In this document: one piece after another, positions 18,583 to 30,709 of the stretch | Layout of the letters: each line of letters starts with the position of its first letter | Position numbering within the stretch: the first letter of the stretch is position 1 | Program-made: the position numbers and the translations under genes | Notes under the pieces: generated by a model | What the model was told of the DNA's origin: nothing | Database searches by the model: none | The model's input: the letters and a program-made list of their open reading frames with translations, nothing else | Source of the DNA: Candidatus Saganbacteria bacterium | GTDB taxonomy: Bacteria; Margulisbacteria; WOR-1; O2-12-FULL-45-9; XYB2-FULL-48-7 | Length of the DNA stretch: 46,572 bases | Direction of reading: 5' to 3' | NCBI GenBank assembly: GCA_016939335.1 | Contig: JAFGHC010000037.1 | Coordinates: 1-46,572, forward strand

Positions 18583-19740
18583 ATGAAAATAGAACATTTT
18601 AACGAAATGCTGGAAGAGATCCAGCGCGAACGCGGCATTTCCAAGGACGGCCTGGTCAGTGCGATCAAGGCCTCGTTCCTCTCGGCCGTCAAAAAGAAAT
18701 TTGCCGAGGGGGAGAACCTGGAGTGCCGGATCAGCGACGAGGGGGAGGTCCGGATCTTCCGCGTCCTGGAGGACAAAGAAGAGGACGTGACGCCGCATGA
18801 CTTCGGGCGCTTTGCCGCCCAGACCGCCAAGCAGGTCATCATCCAGCGGCTGCGCGAGGCGGAAAAGACCGAATCGTTCGATGAATATGCCAAGAAACAG
18901 GGTGAACTGGTGACGGGGATCGTCCAGCGCCGGGAATTCGGCGGTTACCTGGTCAATCTGGGGCGGCTGGAAACGATACTGACCCAGGCGGAGCAGATCC
19001 CGGGCGAGCTGCTGCGCGAGAAAGACCACGTCAAATTTTACGTTGTCGAGGTCAAGAAAACGTCCAAAGGCCCGCTGGTGATCATCTCCCGCTCCCATCC
19101 GAACCTGGTCAGGAAGCTGTTCGAGATGGAGGTGCCGGAGCTAAAGGAAGGGGTGCTGGAGATCAAGGCGCTGGCCCGCGAACCGGGCAAACGGACCAAG
19201 ATCGCCATTCTTTCCCGTGACCAGAACGTGGGAGCGGTCGGCGCCTGCGTCGGCCACATGGGCCAGCGGATCCAGAACATTATCCGCGAGCTCGGCCAGG
19301 AGCGGATCGATATCGTGGAGTGGAACGATAAGCCGAAAACGTATATCGCCAACGCCCTAAGCCCGGCCAAAGTGCAGAAGATCGAGTTGAACGAAACGGA
19401 CAAGACCGCCAGGGTCTGGGTGGCGGAAAAAGAGCTGTCGCTGGCGATCGGCAAAGAGGGGCAGAATGTCCGGCTGGCGGTCAAGCTGACCGGCTGGAAG
19501 ATCGACCTTATGTCCGACGAGGCGGAGAAGAAGAACGAGGCCAAGCCGATCAGCAAGGTCAAGGTCCATGAGCTGGCCAAAGAGCTTGACCTGGCCAGCA
19601 GCGAGTTGATCGCCAAGCTGCGCACAATGGGCTATTCGGTCAAAGCGGCCAATTCGTCAGTCCCCCAGGAGGCGCTGGAAAAGCTGCGGCCGGCCAAAGA
19701 AGAAGAAGCTAAACCGGAGACGGAAGAAAGTAAAAATTAA
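18583..19740 (+). CDS. nusA: Transcription factor NusA with a C-terminal IF2_N-like domain
   Basis: FGRFAAQTAKQVIIQRLREAE, S1 and KH domains, LAIGKEGQNVRLA. Confidence 0.97.
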   Translation: MKIEHFNEMLEEIQRERGISKDGLVSAIKASFLSAVKKKFAEGENLECRISDEGEVRIFRVLEDKEEDVTPHDFGRFAAQTAKQVIIQRLREAEKTESFDEYAKKQGELVTGIVQRREFGGYLVNLGRLETILTQAEQIPGELLREKDHVKFYVVEVKKTSKGPLVIISRSHPNLVRKLFEMEVPELKEGVLEIKALAREPGKRTKIAILSRDQNVGAVGACVGHMGQRIQNIIRELGQERIDIVEWNDKPKTYIANALSPAKVQKIELNETDKTARVWVAEKELSLAIGKEGQNVRLAVKLTGWKIDLMSDEAEKKNEAKPISKVKVHELAKELDLASSELIAKLRTMGYSVKAANSSVPQEALEKLRPAKEEEAKPETEESKN

Positions 19741-19842
19741 AAAGGAAAAAGGTAAAAACAAAACAGGCCAAAAAAGACAAAAAGGCCCTTTTTGAATCTT
19801 GATTTGTCCCGGTCTTTTACTTTTTACTTTTAGATTTTTATA
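19727..19842. repeat. Inverted heptamer arrays (AAAGTAA / TTTTACT) overlapping the nusA stop
   Basis: aaagtaa aaattaa aaaggaa aaaggta ... ttttact ttttact tttagat. Confidence 0.7.
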
Positions 19843-19876
19843 AATTACATAAATTAATTGCAAGCGAAGGGATAAC

Positions 19877-21928
19877 ATGGCAAAAACAAAGGTTAGTGAA
19901 CTGGCCAAAAAGCTGAAACTGCCGGCCAAAGAATTGCTGGCCGCGCTGAAGGACCTTGGCGTGGCGGCCAAGACCGCCGCTTCGTCGGTCGATGAGGAAA
20001 CCGCGAAAGTCGTCAGTGAATTGCTGAAACCGAAGGCCGAAGTCAAAGCCAAGCCAGCCCCGGCCAAGGCCGGGACCGAAGAAAACCCGAAACCGGAAGC
20101 AAAACCGGCCAAAGCGGAAGTGAAACCAGCGGCAGTTGTTCCGCCGCCGCCGCCACCACCACCGCCTCCTCCCAAAGAAGTAAAGTCGTCCGTCCCGGTG
20201 ATCGAGACCGGCGATATCTCGGTCAAGGAACTGGCGGAAAAAGTTCAGGTCAAGCCCTCCGACCTGATCAAAGAGCTGATGCGCAAAGGGATCCTGGCGA
20301 CGATGAACCAGCGGATCGCCGCTGAGGTCGCCAAGGAGGTGGCAGCCACCCTGGGCAAAGAGATCGCGCTCCGGACCGAAAAGCCGGCCGCCGCCGCCCA
20401 GCATGACCTCAAGATCGAAAAGCGGGCGCTGCGCCCGCCGGTCGTCACCGTCATGGGCCACGTTGACCACGGCAAGACCAAGCTGCTCGACGCGATCCGC
20501 AAGACCAAAGTGGCGGAAAAGGAGGCCGGCGGCATCACCCAGCACATCGGCGCCTACCAGGTGACGGTGAACGGCCGCAAGGTAACCTTCCTCGATACGC
20601 CCGGCCACGAAGCGTTCACCTCGCTGCGCGCCCGCGGCGCCAAAGTGACCGATATCGTCGTGCTGGTCGTGGCGGCCGACGACGGCGTCAAGCCGCAGAC
20701 GATCGAAGCGATCGACCACGCCCGGGCGGCCGGCGTGCCGATCATCGTGGCGATCAATAAGATCGACAAACCGGAAGCCAATAAAGACCGGGTGATGACC
20801 CAGCTGACGGAACTCGGCCTGCAGGCGGAAGAATGGGGCGGCCAGACCGTCACCGTGCCGGTCTCCGCCAAGCAGGGGACCGGCATCGAAACGCTGCTGG
20901 AAATGATCCTCCTCCTGGCCGACGTTCAGGAGTTGAAAGCCGATCCCCACGCCAACCCGGTCGGGGTGATCATCGAATCGCGCATCGACAAAGGGCGCGG
21001 CGCCGTGGCGACCGTGCTGGTGAAGAACGGGACGCTGGCGATCGGCGACGTCTTTACCTGCGGCGCGACCTACGGCAAGGTGCGCGCGCTCCTGACCGAT
21101 ACCGGCGCGCGCCTGGAAAAGGCCGGTCCGTCCACCCCGGCCGAGGTCCTCGGCTTCATGGAGGTGCCGGTCCCCGGCGACCTGTTCGAGGTCAAGCCGT
21201 CGGAAAAAGAGGCCCGCCTGCTGGCCGAGCAGAAAAAAGAGGCCAGGGCCAAGGTCAGGCGCGGCAAAGTCGTTTCGCTGGAGGATTTCTCGAAGCTGGT
21301 CAAGGAAGGCGAGAACGTCGACCTGAAACTGGTGGTCAAGGCCGACGTGCAGGGCTCGCTCGACGCGATCATCAAATCGCTGAGCGACCTCAAAATCGGC
21401 AACATCGGCGTTCACATTATCCACCGCGGCGTCGGCGGGATCAACGAATCGGACGTGATGCTGGCCAAGGCCTCGGACGCTATCCTGGTCGGCTTCAACG
21501 TCGGTTTCGAGGGCTCGGCCGAGAAATTAGGTTCTGATGAAGCGGTCGAGGTCCGCAAGTACAACATCATCTACAAGCTGATCGACGACGTCAAACTGGC
21601 GATGGAAGGGATGCTGGAGCCCGTCTTTGAAGAGGTGATCACCGGCCACGCCGAGGTCAGGAACCTGTTCAGCTTTTCCAAGGTCGGCACGATCGCCGGC
21701 TGTTACGTGACCGACGGCAAAATGACGCGCGGGGCCGGCCTGCGCCTCTTCCGCAACAAGGAAAAGATCTACGAAGGCAAGCTGGAGTCGCTCAAGCGCT
21801 TTAAGGACGACGTCAAATCGGTGGAGACCAATTTCGAATGCGGCATCGCCATTCCCGGCTACCAGGACTTTAAGGCCGGCGACGTGATCGAGACGTTCGA
21901 AACGCGGGAAAAACCGCGGGGCAAATGA
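19877..21928 (+). CDS. infB: Translation initiation factor IF-2
   Basis: [25 protein letters not shown]. Confidence 0.99.
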   Translation: MAKTKVSELAKKLKLPAKELLAALKDLGVAAKTAASSVDEETAKVVSELLKPKAEVKAKPAPAKAGTEENPKPEAKPAKAEVKPAAVVPPPPPPPPPPPKEVKSSVPVIETGDISVKELAEKVQVKPSDLIKELMRKGILATMNQRIAAEVAKEVAATLGKEIALRTEKPAAAAQHDLKIEKRALRPPVVTVMGHVDHGKTKLLDAIRKTKVAEKEAGGITQHIGAYQVTVNGRKVTFLDTPGHEAFTSLRARGAKVTDIVVLVVAADDGVKPQTIEAIDHARAAGVPIIVAINKIDKPEANKDRVMTQLTELGLQAEEWGGQTVTVPVSAKQGTGIETLLEMILLLADVQELKADPHANPVGVIIESRIDKGRGAVATVLVKNGTLAIGDVFTCGATYGKVRALLTDTGARLEKAGPSTPAEVLGFMEVPVPGDLFEVKPSEKEARLLAEQKKEARAKVRRGKVVSLEDFSKLVKEGENVDLKLVVKADVQGSLDAIIKSLSDLKIGNIGVHIIHRGVGGINESDVMLAKASDAILVGFNVGFEGSAEKLGSDEAVEVRKYNIIYKLIDDVKLAMEGMLEPVFEEVITGHAEVRNLFSFSKVGTIAGCYVTDGKMTRGAGLRLFRNKEKIYEGKLESLKRFKDDVKSVETNFECGIAIPGYQDFKAGDVIETFETREKPRGK

Positions 21929-22305
21929 CGAGACGGGAACGGGTTGGGGAGCTTCTCCTGCGCGAGACCAGCGAGATATTGAGAGAAAAGGTCAACGATC
22001 CCCGCATCGGCTTCGCCAGCCTCACCGCCGTCGAGGTCTCGCCCGACCTGGAGAACGCCGCCGTCTACGTCAGCATCCTGGGCGACGAGCGGCAGAAGCA
22101 GGCGGCGATGAAGGGGCTCTATTCGGCGACCAGATTCATCCGCGGCGAGCTGGGGCGCCGCCTGGAGCTGCGGCTGGTGCCGCAGCTGCGCTTCTACCGC
22201 GACGATTCGCTCGAGCGGGGGAGCCGGGTGCTGGGTCTGATCAACAAGCTGGAGCAAGATGAAAAAGTCGTGCGGCGAAATAAAAAACGCGCTAAAAAAC
22301 GCTAA
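21925..22305 (+). CDS. rbfA: Ribosome-binding factor A
   Basis: DPRIGF, SPDL, LRLVPQLRF..DDSLE; synteny with infB. Confidence 0.95.
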   Translation: MTRRERVGELLLRETSEILREKVNDPRIGFASLTAVEVSPDLENAAVYVSILGDERQKQAAMKGLYSATRFIRGELGRRLELRLVPQLRFYRDDSLERGSRVLGLINKLEQDEKVVRRNKKRAKKR

Positions 22306-23236
22306 GACGGCGCTGATCGCCACCCACGTCGATCCTGACGGCGACGCCATCGGTTCGGCGCTGGCGCTGGGGATGGTCCTCGAGCAGCTCGGCATCCGCA
22401 CCGCCTATTACTGCCAGGACTCGGTCCCCCAGATCTACCGTTTTCTCCCCGGCGCGGACAAGATCAAGCGGGAGGTCAAGGATTTCAACCGCTTTGACGT
22501 GGCCTGCGTGGTCGATGCTTCCGACCTGGCGCGCGTCGGCGGCCGGCTGGACCTGAAACAGTGCGCCCCGCTGATCATCAATCTCGACCACCATCCGGAC
22601 AATACCCTGTTCGGCGACGTCAACTGCGTCAAGCAGTCGTCCTGCGTCGGCGAACTGATCTATGACCTGGCCGTCCTGTTCAAGATCAAAGTGGACAAAA
22701 AAATGGCCGACTGCCTCTACACTTCGATCATCACCGACACCGGCAATTTCCGCTACGACAATACGACCGTCAAGACGTTCCTGATCGCGGCCGAGCTGCT
22801 CAAGGCCGGCGTCGACCCGCACGAGCTGACCACCCGCATTTACGACAATAAATCGGTGCCGGCGGTGCGCATCGCCGCGCGCGCGCTGTCGGGCGTTAAA
22901 TTTTCCGGGGACCGGCAGGTCGGCTGGTCGGTCGTGACCGAAGGGATGATGGAAGAAGTCGGCGCCAAATCGGAGGACGTGGTCGGCATTGTCGACGCCA
23001 TCCGCGCGATCGAGGGGGTGGAAGTGGCGGTCTTCTTCCGGGAAGAAAAGGGGAAGGTCAAGATAAACTTCCGCTCCAAAGACCGGGTCAATGTCTCGGA
23101 ACTGGCGCGGCGCTTCGGCGGGGGCGGGCATCTCAAGGCGGCCGGCGCCGTGGTCAGCGGCGAGATAGCCGAAGTCGAACTGAACGTGACGCGCGATATC
23201 ATCAAGCACCTCAAAGCGCTCAAATTCCTGGTGTGA
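22259..23236 (+). CDS. nrnA: DHH/DHHA1 oligoribonuclease / PAP phosphatase
   Basis: HVDPDGDAIGS, DHH, DTGNF, GGGGH..AAG. Confidence 0.93.
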   Translation: MKKSCGEIKNALKNAKTALIATHVDPDGDAIGSALALGMVLEQLGIRTAYYCQDSVPQIYRFLPGADKIKREVKDFNRFDVACVVDASDLARVGGRLDLKQCAPLIINLDHHPDNTLFGDVNCVKQSSCVGELIYDLAVLFKIKVDKKMADCLYTSIITDTGNFRYDNTTVKTFLIAAELLKAGVDPHELTTRIYDNKSVPAVRIAARALSGVKFSGDRQVGWSVVTEGMMEEVGAKSEDVVGIVDAIRAIEGVEVAVFFREEKGKVKINFRSKDRVNVSELARRFGGGGHLKAAGAVVSGEIAEVELNVTRDIIKHLKALKFLV

Positions 23237-23264
23237 CCATGGACGGACTGGGGAGGGCGGGGAA

Positions 23265-23320
23265 CCCCACACTGAAGTGTGGGGAATAACGGAATAATTC
23301 CCCAGACTTTAGTCTGGGGA
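23265..23320. repeat. Doublet of CCCCAcAC-loop-GTgTGGGG REP-like palindromes
   Basis: ccccacactgaagtgtgggg (23265) and tccccagactttagtctgggga (23299). Confidence 0.85.
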
Positions 23321-23339
23321 CCAAGAAAACAAAATGACC

Positions 23340-26043
<2,704 letters not shown>

Positions 26044-26107
26044 GGCCTGCGGACGGGAACCGAACGCCGCGGTCCTAAAAGTGATAGGACATTACACCGG
26101 AAAATGC

Positions 26108-26136
26108 TTGACATAATATAGGACATATGGTATAGT
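26108..26136 (+). promoter_or_regulatory. Sigma70 promoter of the HTH-Fic gene
   Basis: TTGACA-17nt-TATAGT with TG extension. Confidence 0.75.
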
Positions 26137-26198
26137 AACTGATGCTTAATTGGCTACTAAATGGTATATAGGTTAATGGGGTGGCTCTTCATATTAAC

Positions 26199-27107
26199 AT
26201 GAAAAAGATCATTATAAATGATAAAGATAAGTTAGAAAAACTGATCGCCGAAGCCGGTTTCAGCCGCTCGGAACTTGCCGGCCGGCTGGCAACCAGCTAT
26301 AAAACCGTTTATCGCTGGTTGGATTTGGCTGTGAAGCCGAGGGAGCGCCAAGCGAGGGAAATCGACCAGTTATTTAAGGAATATATTGATTTGAGCGGGC
26401 TGGTCGAGCAAATTAGGAAGCAAGTATCAGACCCGATAAAATACTTAAAACATCATTCGGCGATCAGGGAAAAGTTCTTTTTATCGATGACTTATAACTC
26501 CAATGGCATCGAAGGCAGCCGGATGACTCTCAAAGAGACGGAACTGGCGATCGAGGGCAAGCCGGTGCGCGGTAAAGAATTATTTGAAGTCCTGGAAGCG
26601 GTCAATCATCATAACGCCCTCCTTTATCTGCTTGAAGAGATAAAGCCAAATTTTAAGATTACCGAAGAATATATTTTGAAGCTCCATTCGATAGTTATGT
26701 ATAACTTTAACAACAAATTGCCTGGGAAATATCGCACCGCTTACGTTAATTTAACTAATACTGAAAAGAAGCTCCCTTCCGCGCAAGAAGTTCCGGCTAA
26801 AATGCGGGCTTTTATTAAGGATGTCAATAATTACCGTGGCGGCAGATCGATCAAGAAGATAGCCGAAGATCATTATGAATTTGAGGCTATTCATCCGTTT
26901 TTTGACGGCAACGGCCGGGTGGGTCGGCTGATCATGTTGACCCAGCTTTTGAGCCGCGGCTATCCGCCGGCCGTTTTGACGGTCGAAGATCGCTATAAGT
27001 ATTATCTGGCTTTAGGCAAAGGAGATCTGGGTGATTTCAAAAATCTGACCCAGATGGTTTGCGACAGCATTATCAAGGGTTATAACACGCTGTTCGCGAG
27101 GGAGTGA
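26199..27107 (+). CDS. HTH-Fic domain protein (class II-like)
   Basis: N-terminal HTH, inhibitory SNGIEG motif, catalytic HPFFDGNGRVGR; alternative GTG start at 26181. Confidence 0.92.
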   Translation: MKKIIINDKDKLEKLIAEAGFSRSELAGRLATSYKTVYRWLDLAVKPRERQAREIDQLFKEYIDLSGLVEQIRKQVSDPIKYLKHHSAIREKFFLSMTYNSNGIEGSRMTLKETELAIEGKPVRGKELFEVLEAVNHHNALLYLLEEIKPNFKITEEYILKLHSIVMYNFNNKLPGKYRTAYVNLTNTEKKLPSAQEVPAKMRAFIKDVNNYRGGRSIKKIAEDHYEFEAIHPFFDGNGRVGRLIMLTQLLSRGYPPAVLTVEDRYKYYLALGKGDLGDFKNLTQMVCDSIIKGYNTLFARE

Positions 27108-27108
27108 G

Positions 27109-27159
27109 ATGGAGAGACTGACGGAAGATGAGTTTGTGAAGATGGTAGGGAAAAAGTAG
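27109..27159 (+). pseudogene. Orphan diverged duplicate of the ligA 3' end
   Basis: Encodes LTEDEFVKMVGKK* vs Lig[14 protein letters not shown]. Confidence 0.8.
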
Positions 27160-27178
27160 CGGCGGTCTTCAGACCGCC
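27156..27178 (+). repeat. GTAG-type REP-like hairpin
   Basis: GTAG-c-GGCGGTC-ttca-GACCGCC. Confidence 0.6.
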
Positions 27179-27194
27179 ATTCCTGGCGTCGGTC

Positions 27195-27244
27195 GGAAAC
27201 CTACGACCTGCCTGCCGGCAGGCAGGCTAAACGTCGCGGTTTCC
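27195..27244 (+). repeat. AACCTGCGAC-family REP interrupted by a 20-bp palindrome
   Basis: ggaaacctacga[cctgcctgccggcaggcagg]ctaaacgtcgcggtttcc. Confidence 0.8.
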
Positions 27245-27296
27245 TAAGAATTATTGCTAAAATAACGCGAATAATGTGTGAATAAGAGGATGTCTT

Positions 27297-28310
27297 TTGA
27301 TGAAAATTAAGCTTGTTAGCGAATGTCTGAGAATAGATAGCGCCAATGCTAAGGCAATGATAGAGGGCGTTATCAAAAATGGTAAGATTATTCATCAATG
27401 TATTTATTGTTTAGCGAAGCCAAAGAAATTTCCTAAATTGATAACCCTTGAGAGCAGCCCAACTAAATATACCTTGAGCCGGATCGGGCAAGATCTGAGG
27501 AGCGATGATTATAAGATGCCTTTTAAATACGTTGCTTGCTTAGAGAAGGAATACTTCATAAAAAACGATATCCATTTATGGAATATAGTGTGTAAAAATG
27601 GATTATTTGATATATGGGAGCCCGAAGCCCCATATCAACGCTATAAAGGGTCGAAACTGCATCCAAAAGGTTTTAATATTGCTCTGCTAAGAATATATGA
27701 GATAGATAGAGTATTTACTGATGATGACATCAGAAAGACCGTGTTTTTTCATCATATAAAAAGCGATGATTTGCTTGTTGAATTAGTGCATCCGCTTGTC
27801 AGTGATGAGGAATTTCAAAATACGAAGTCATTGCTAGAAAAATCTATTATGGGTTATGAAACTACGCCTATTGGGCCATCGGCATCTCCGAGAAACAATG
27901 GCGTGCGTGTCACCCACCGGTCGGGTGGGAATATCTTGACTAAAGGAATAAGGGAGCGGGAACTTGAAAACTTCCTTTGTGAAAGGCCGCAACTAATAGA
28001 AGATGGTTTAATACTTATGAAAAGACAATATGGAATACTAATCGACGGCCGACCACGACGAATAGATATGTTGTGCAAAGACAAGAATGAAAATCTAGTC
28101 GTGGTTGAATTAAAGAAATACAATGCTCCAAGCTATTCAATAATAGATCAAATTGCAACATATATGGGGTGCATCGAAAATGACCAAGCGAATCAAGGCC
28201 AAACAGTACGGGGAATTATCGTTGTTGGAAAAGCAGATGAAGGCCTAAAGTATGCTGTTAAGGTAATACCACATTTAACGGTTAAAGAGTTTCAAGTAAC
28301 GATAAAATGA
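27297..28310 (+). CDS. NucS/EndoMS-like PD-(D/E)xK nuclease fused to an unknown N-terminal domain
   Basis: ERELENFL..RPQLIEDGL, RIDMLCKD, VVVELKK, IDQIATYM, VRGIIV; AT-rich; start codon uncertain. Confidence 0.85.
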   Translation: MMKIKLVSECLRIDSANAKAMIEGVIKNGKIIHQCIYCLAKPKKFPKLITLESSPTKYTLSRIGQDLRSDDYKMPFKYVACLEKEYFIKNDIHLWNIVCKNGLFDIWEPEAPYQRYKGSKLHPKGFNIALLRIYEIDRVFTDDDIRKTVFFHHIKSDDLLVELVHPLVSDEEFQNTKSLLEKSIMGYETTPIGPSASPRNNGVRVTHRSGGNILTKGIRERELENFLCERPQLIEDGLILMKRQYGILIDGRPRRIDMLCKDKNENLVVVELKKYNAPSYSIIDQIATYMGCIENDQANQGQTVRGIIVVGKADEGLKYAVKVIPHLTVKEFQVTIK

Positions 28311-28312
28311 TG

Positions 28313-28500
28313 GAATATGCCGTGGACTATGAAAGACGAATCTAACGGACTTTTGTTTTTCGTTTAATTAAGCCAGTCCCAAAAAATAGGGGGGCAGGGG
28401 TTGCCATACAATTGAAGCGAAAGACCAAGAAGCATTAGATAAGACGATTGAGTACATTAATGACCAGACAATCGATAGCATTGATAAGAGAGTTTTGCGA
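28313..28500 (+). pseudogene. Decayed 3' half of an IS200-like Y1 transposase
   Basis: Frame from 28381 reads KK*GGRGCH..TIEYINDQ..IDKR vs intact RKLWGRGYF..VIEYIRNQ..YDKR. Confidence 0.7.
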
Positions 28501-28625
28501 GGCAGGAAACCGCGAAGTTCATTCGCCGGTTTCCTGCCAGAGAAACAGCCGGATGGAAACCGAGACGTTCAGTCTCAGGTTTCCATCCGTCATAGCCTTG
28601 AGTGGGACGTCAGTCTCAGATTTCC
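28501..28625 (-). repeat. Cluster of reverse-oriented AACCTGCGAC-family REP hairpins
   Basis: ggcaggaaaccgcgaagttcattcgccggtttcctgcc (28501-28538); cggatggaaaccgagacgttcagtctcaggtttccatccg (28550-28589); degenerate third copy. Confidence 0.8.
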
Positions 28626-28683
28626 GTTCCTTGGAGCCATAACGCTTGTTTCATATTTCTTACTGTTATAGAATGACTTTACC

Positions 28684-29442
28684 ATGCGCGACGTCAAAAC
28701 GATCCTGAAGCTGGTCCGCAATCTATTGGATAAGCGCTCCGCCCGGAGAAAAGAAGGGCGGTTCGTCGTTGAGGGGCCGCATTTGGTCGAAGAAGCGGGC
28801 GACCGGATCGAATGCCTGCTTTATTCTGAACACCTCCCCGAGGTCAAGAAGCTGGAAGAGAAAGGGGTCCCTTCCTATAAGATCTCCCGCCGGCAGTTCG
28901 AGGAGTTTTCCGGGGTCGAGACGCCGCAGGGGGTCCTGGGCGTTGCCCGGCAGTTTGAGTACCAGTTCCGCGAGGTTTTGCGGGCCGATAAAACACTGGT
29001 CGTCTTTTGTCTGGGCGTGCAGGACCCGGGCAACCTCGGCACGATCATCCGCTCGGCCGACGCGTTCGGCGCGACGGGCGTCATCCTCTCGAAAGGGACC
29101 GTCGACCTTTATAACCCCAAAGTCGTCCGCTCGACGATGGGTTCGCTTTTCCATCTGCCGATCGTGATGACCGAGGACGAGGAAGAGACGATCAAATACC
29201 TGAAGGAACATAAGGTTAAAATAGTCGCGGCTGACGGGTCGGCCAGGCAGGACATTTCAGTTACCGACCTGAAAGGGGCGGTGGCGATCATGATCGGCAA
29301 CGAGGGGGCCGGGCTGGCGAAAGAAGTGAAAAAGCTGGCTGACGAAAAAGCCCGCATCCCGATGGCGGGCAAGGCGGAATCGCTCAATGTTGGGATAGCC
29401 GCTTCTGTGCTATTATACGAAGCGTTAAGACAACGTGCTTAG
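28684..29442 (+). CDS. TrmH/SpoU-family RNA 2'-O-methyltransferase
   Basis: QDPGNLGTIIRSADAFG, GNEGAGL, IPM..AESLNV. Confidence 0.95.
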   Translation: MRDVKTILKLVRNLLDKRSARRKEGRFVVEGPHLVEEAGDRIECLLYSEHLPEVKKLEEKGVPSYKISRRQFEEFSGVETPQGVLGVARQFEYQFREVLRADKTLVVFCLGVQDPGNLGTIIRSADAFGATGVILSKGTVDLYNPKVVRSTMGSLFHLPIVMTEDEEETIKYLKEHKVKIVAADGSARQDISVTDLKGAVAIMIGNEGAGLAKEVKKLADEKARIPMAGKAESLNVGIAASVLLYEALRQRA

Positions 29443-29523
29443 TGCCCTTCGTGCCTTTGTGCCTTCGTGGTAAAATCTTAAAGGGATTAACCACTAAGGC
29501 ACGAAGACACTAAGATCACAAAG
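29434..29523. repeat. Inverted arrays of an ~8-mer (CTTCGTGC / GCACGAAG)
   Basis: cttagtgcccttcgtgcctttgtgccttcgtggt pairs with accactaaggcacgaagacactaag. Confidence 0.8.
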
Positions 29524-29572
29524 AGGTCATGTTTTAGGCTAACGCCACCCAGACCGGAAAGGGCGGCTTTTT

Positions 29573-30694
29573 TTGTACTGCGAGATAGCGTTTGAAAACA
29601 AAGTTAAGGTTTTTAGCGACCCGGTCGCGCTGGTCGAGGCGAGACGGCTCTCTGGATTAGCTTCGGCGTTCGCCAAGCTCGAGGAATTCTCGCGTCAGGG
29701 CTATTATCTGGCTGGATTTTTCTCCTACGAAGCCGGTTACGGTTTCGAACCGCGCCTGGGCCAAAAGGACGAGTTCGACTTTCCTCTTTTGTATTTTGGA
29801 GCTTACAATGTTTTAGAATATTCCCCACACTTAAGTGTGGGGGATCATATAAATTCTGTTGGTCGGCGGGCAGGTGAGGGAAACTGGGAATGGAATAGAT
29901 CGACTGCCGAATATTTTTCCGATATCGGGCGGATCAGGGAATATATCGCGGCGGGCGAGACGTATCAGATCACTTATTGCGTCAAGAATAAATTCGCCTA
30001 TCACGGCGCCCCCCTCGGGCTGTACCGGAGCTTGCTGGCGTTTCAGCCGGTCCCTTACCCGGCTTATCTCGATGCCGGCGACTTCCAGATCCTCTCGCTT
30101 TCGCCCGAACTCCTCCTCAAAAAAGAAGGGGACTTGATCATCACCAAGCCGATGAAAGGGACGCTGCTGCGCGACGGCGGCTGGCGCAACAACTTGTTCG
30201 GGGCGGGCTGGCTCCATCACGACCCCAAGAACCGGGCGGAGAACGTGATGATCGCCGACCTCCTGCGCAACGACCTGGGGAAGATCTGCCGTTACGGCTC
30301 GGTGGTCACGCCCAGACTTTTCGAGGTCGCCAAATACCAGACCGTTTACCAGATGACCTCGACCGTCCGCGGGCGGCTGCTCGATGAAGCGATCGGTTAT
30401 TACGATATTTTCCGCGCTTTATTTCCTTCCGGCTCGGTCACGGGCGCGCCCAAGCTCCGCGCCATGGAGATCATCAGGGAGCTTGAAGGGGAGGAGCGGC
30501 GGATCTACACCGGGGCGATCGGTTTCATCACGCCGCAGCGGGAGCTTTTCTTCAACGTCCCGATCAGGACGATCTTATTGAAGAACGGGGCGGGGGAAAT
30601 GGGGGTGGGCGGCGGGATCACCCACTATTCGACGGCGGCAGGCGAATACGAAGAGTGCCTCGTCAAGGCGCGGTTCCTCAAGGCCGCTTTGTGA
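29573..30694 (+). CDS. pabB: Aminodeoxychorismate synthase component I (chorismate-binding)
   Basis: SPELLL, TKPMKGT, KNRAENVMIADLLRNDLG, GSVTGAPK, IRT; TTG start uncertain. Confidence 0.88.
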   Translation: MYCEIAFENKVKVFSDPVALVEARRLSGLASAFAKLEEFSRQGYYLAGFFSYEAGYGFEPRLGQKDEFDFPLLYFGAYNVLEYSPHLSVGDHINSVGRRAGEGNWEWNRSTAEYFSDIGRIREYIAAGETYQITYCVKNKFAYHGAPLGLYRSLLAFQPVPYPAYLDAGDFQILSLSPELLLKKEGDLIITKPMKGTLLRDGGWRNNLFGAGWLHHDPKNRAENVMIADLLRNDLGKICRYGSVVTPRLFEVAKYQTVYQMTSTVRGRLLDEAIGYYDIFRALFPSGSVTGAPKLRAMEIIRELEGEERRIYTGAIGFITPQRELFFNVPIRTILLKNGAGEMGVGGGITHYSTAAGEYEECLVKARFLKAAL

Positions 30695-30709
30695 TATAAT
30701 AAACGCAAG

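Noticed and set aside
28448..28642. 64-aa ORF
   Set aside because: It runs through REP hairpins in a different frame from the tnpA remnant, which explains the region better.
29524..29575. Riboswitch upstream of pabB
   Set aside because: Only a weak hairpin with a U-tract; no recognisable folate or ZTP aptamer consensus by eye. An Rfam scan would settle it.
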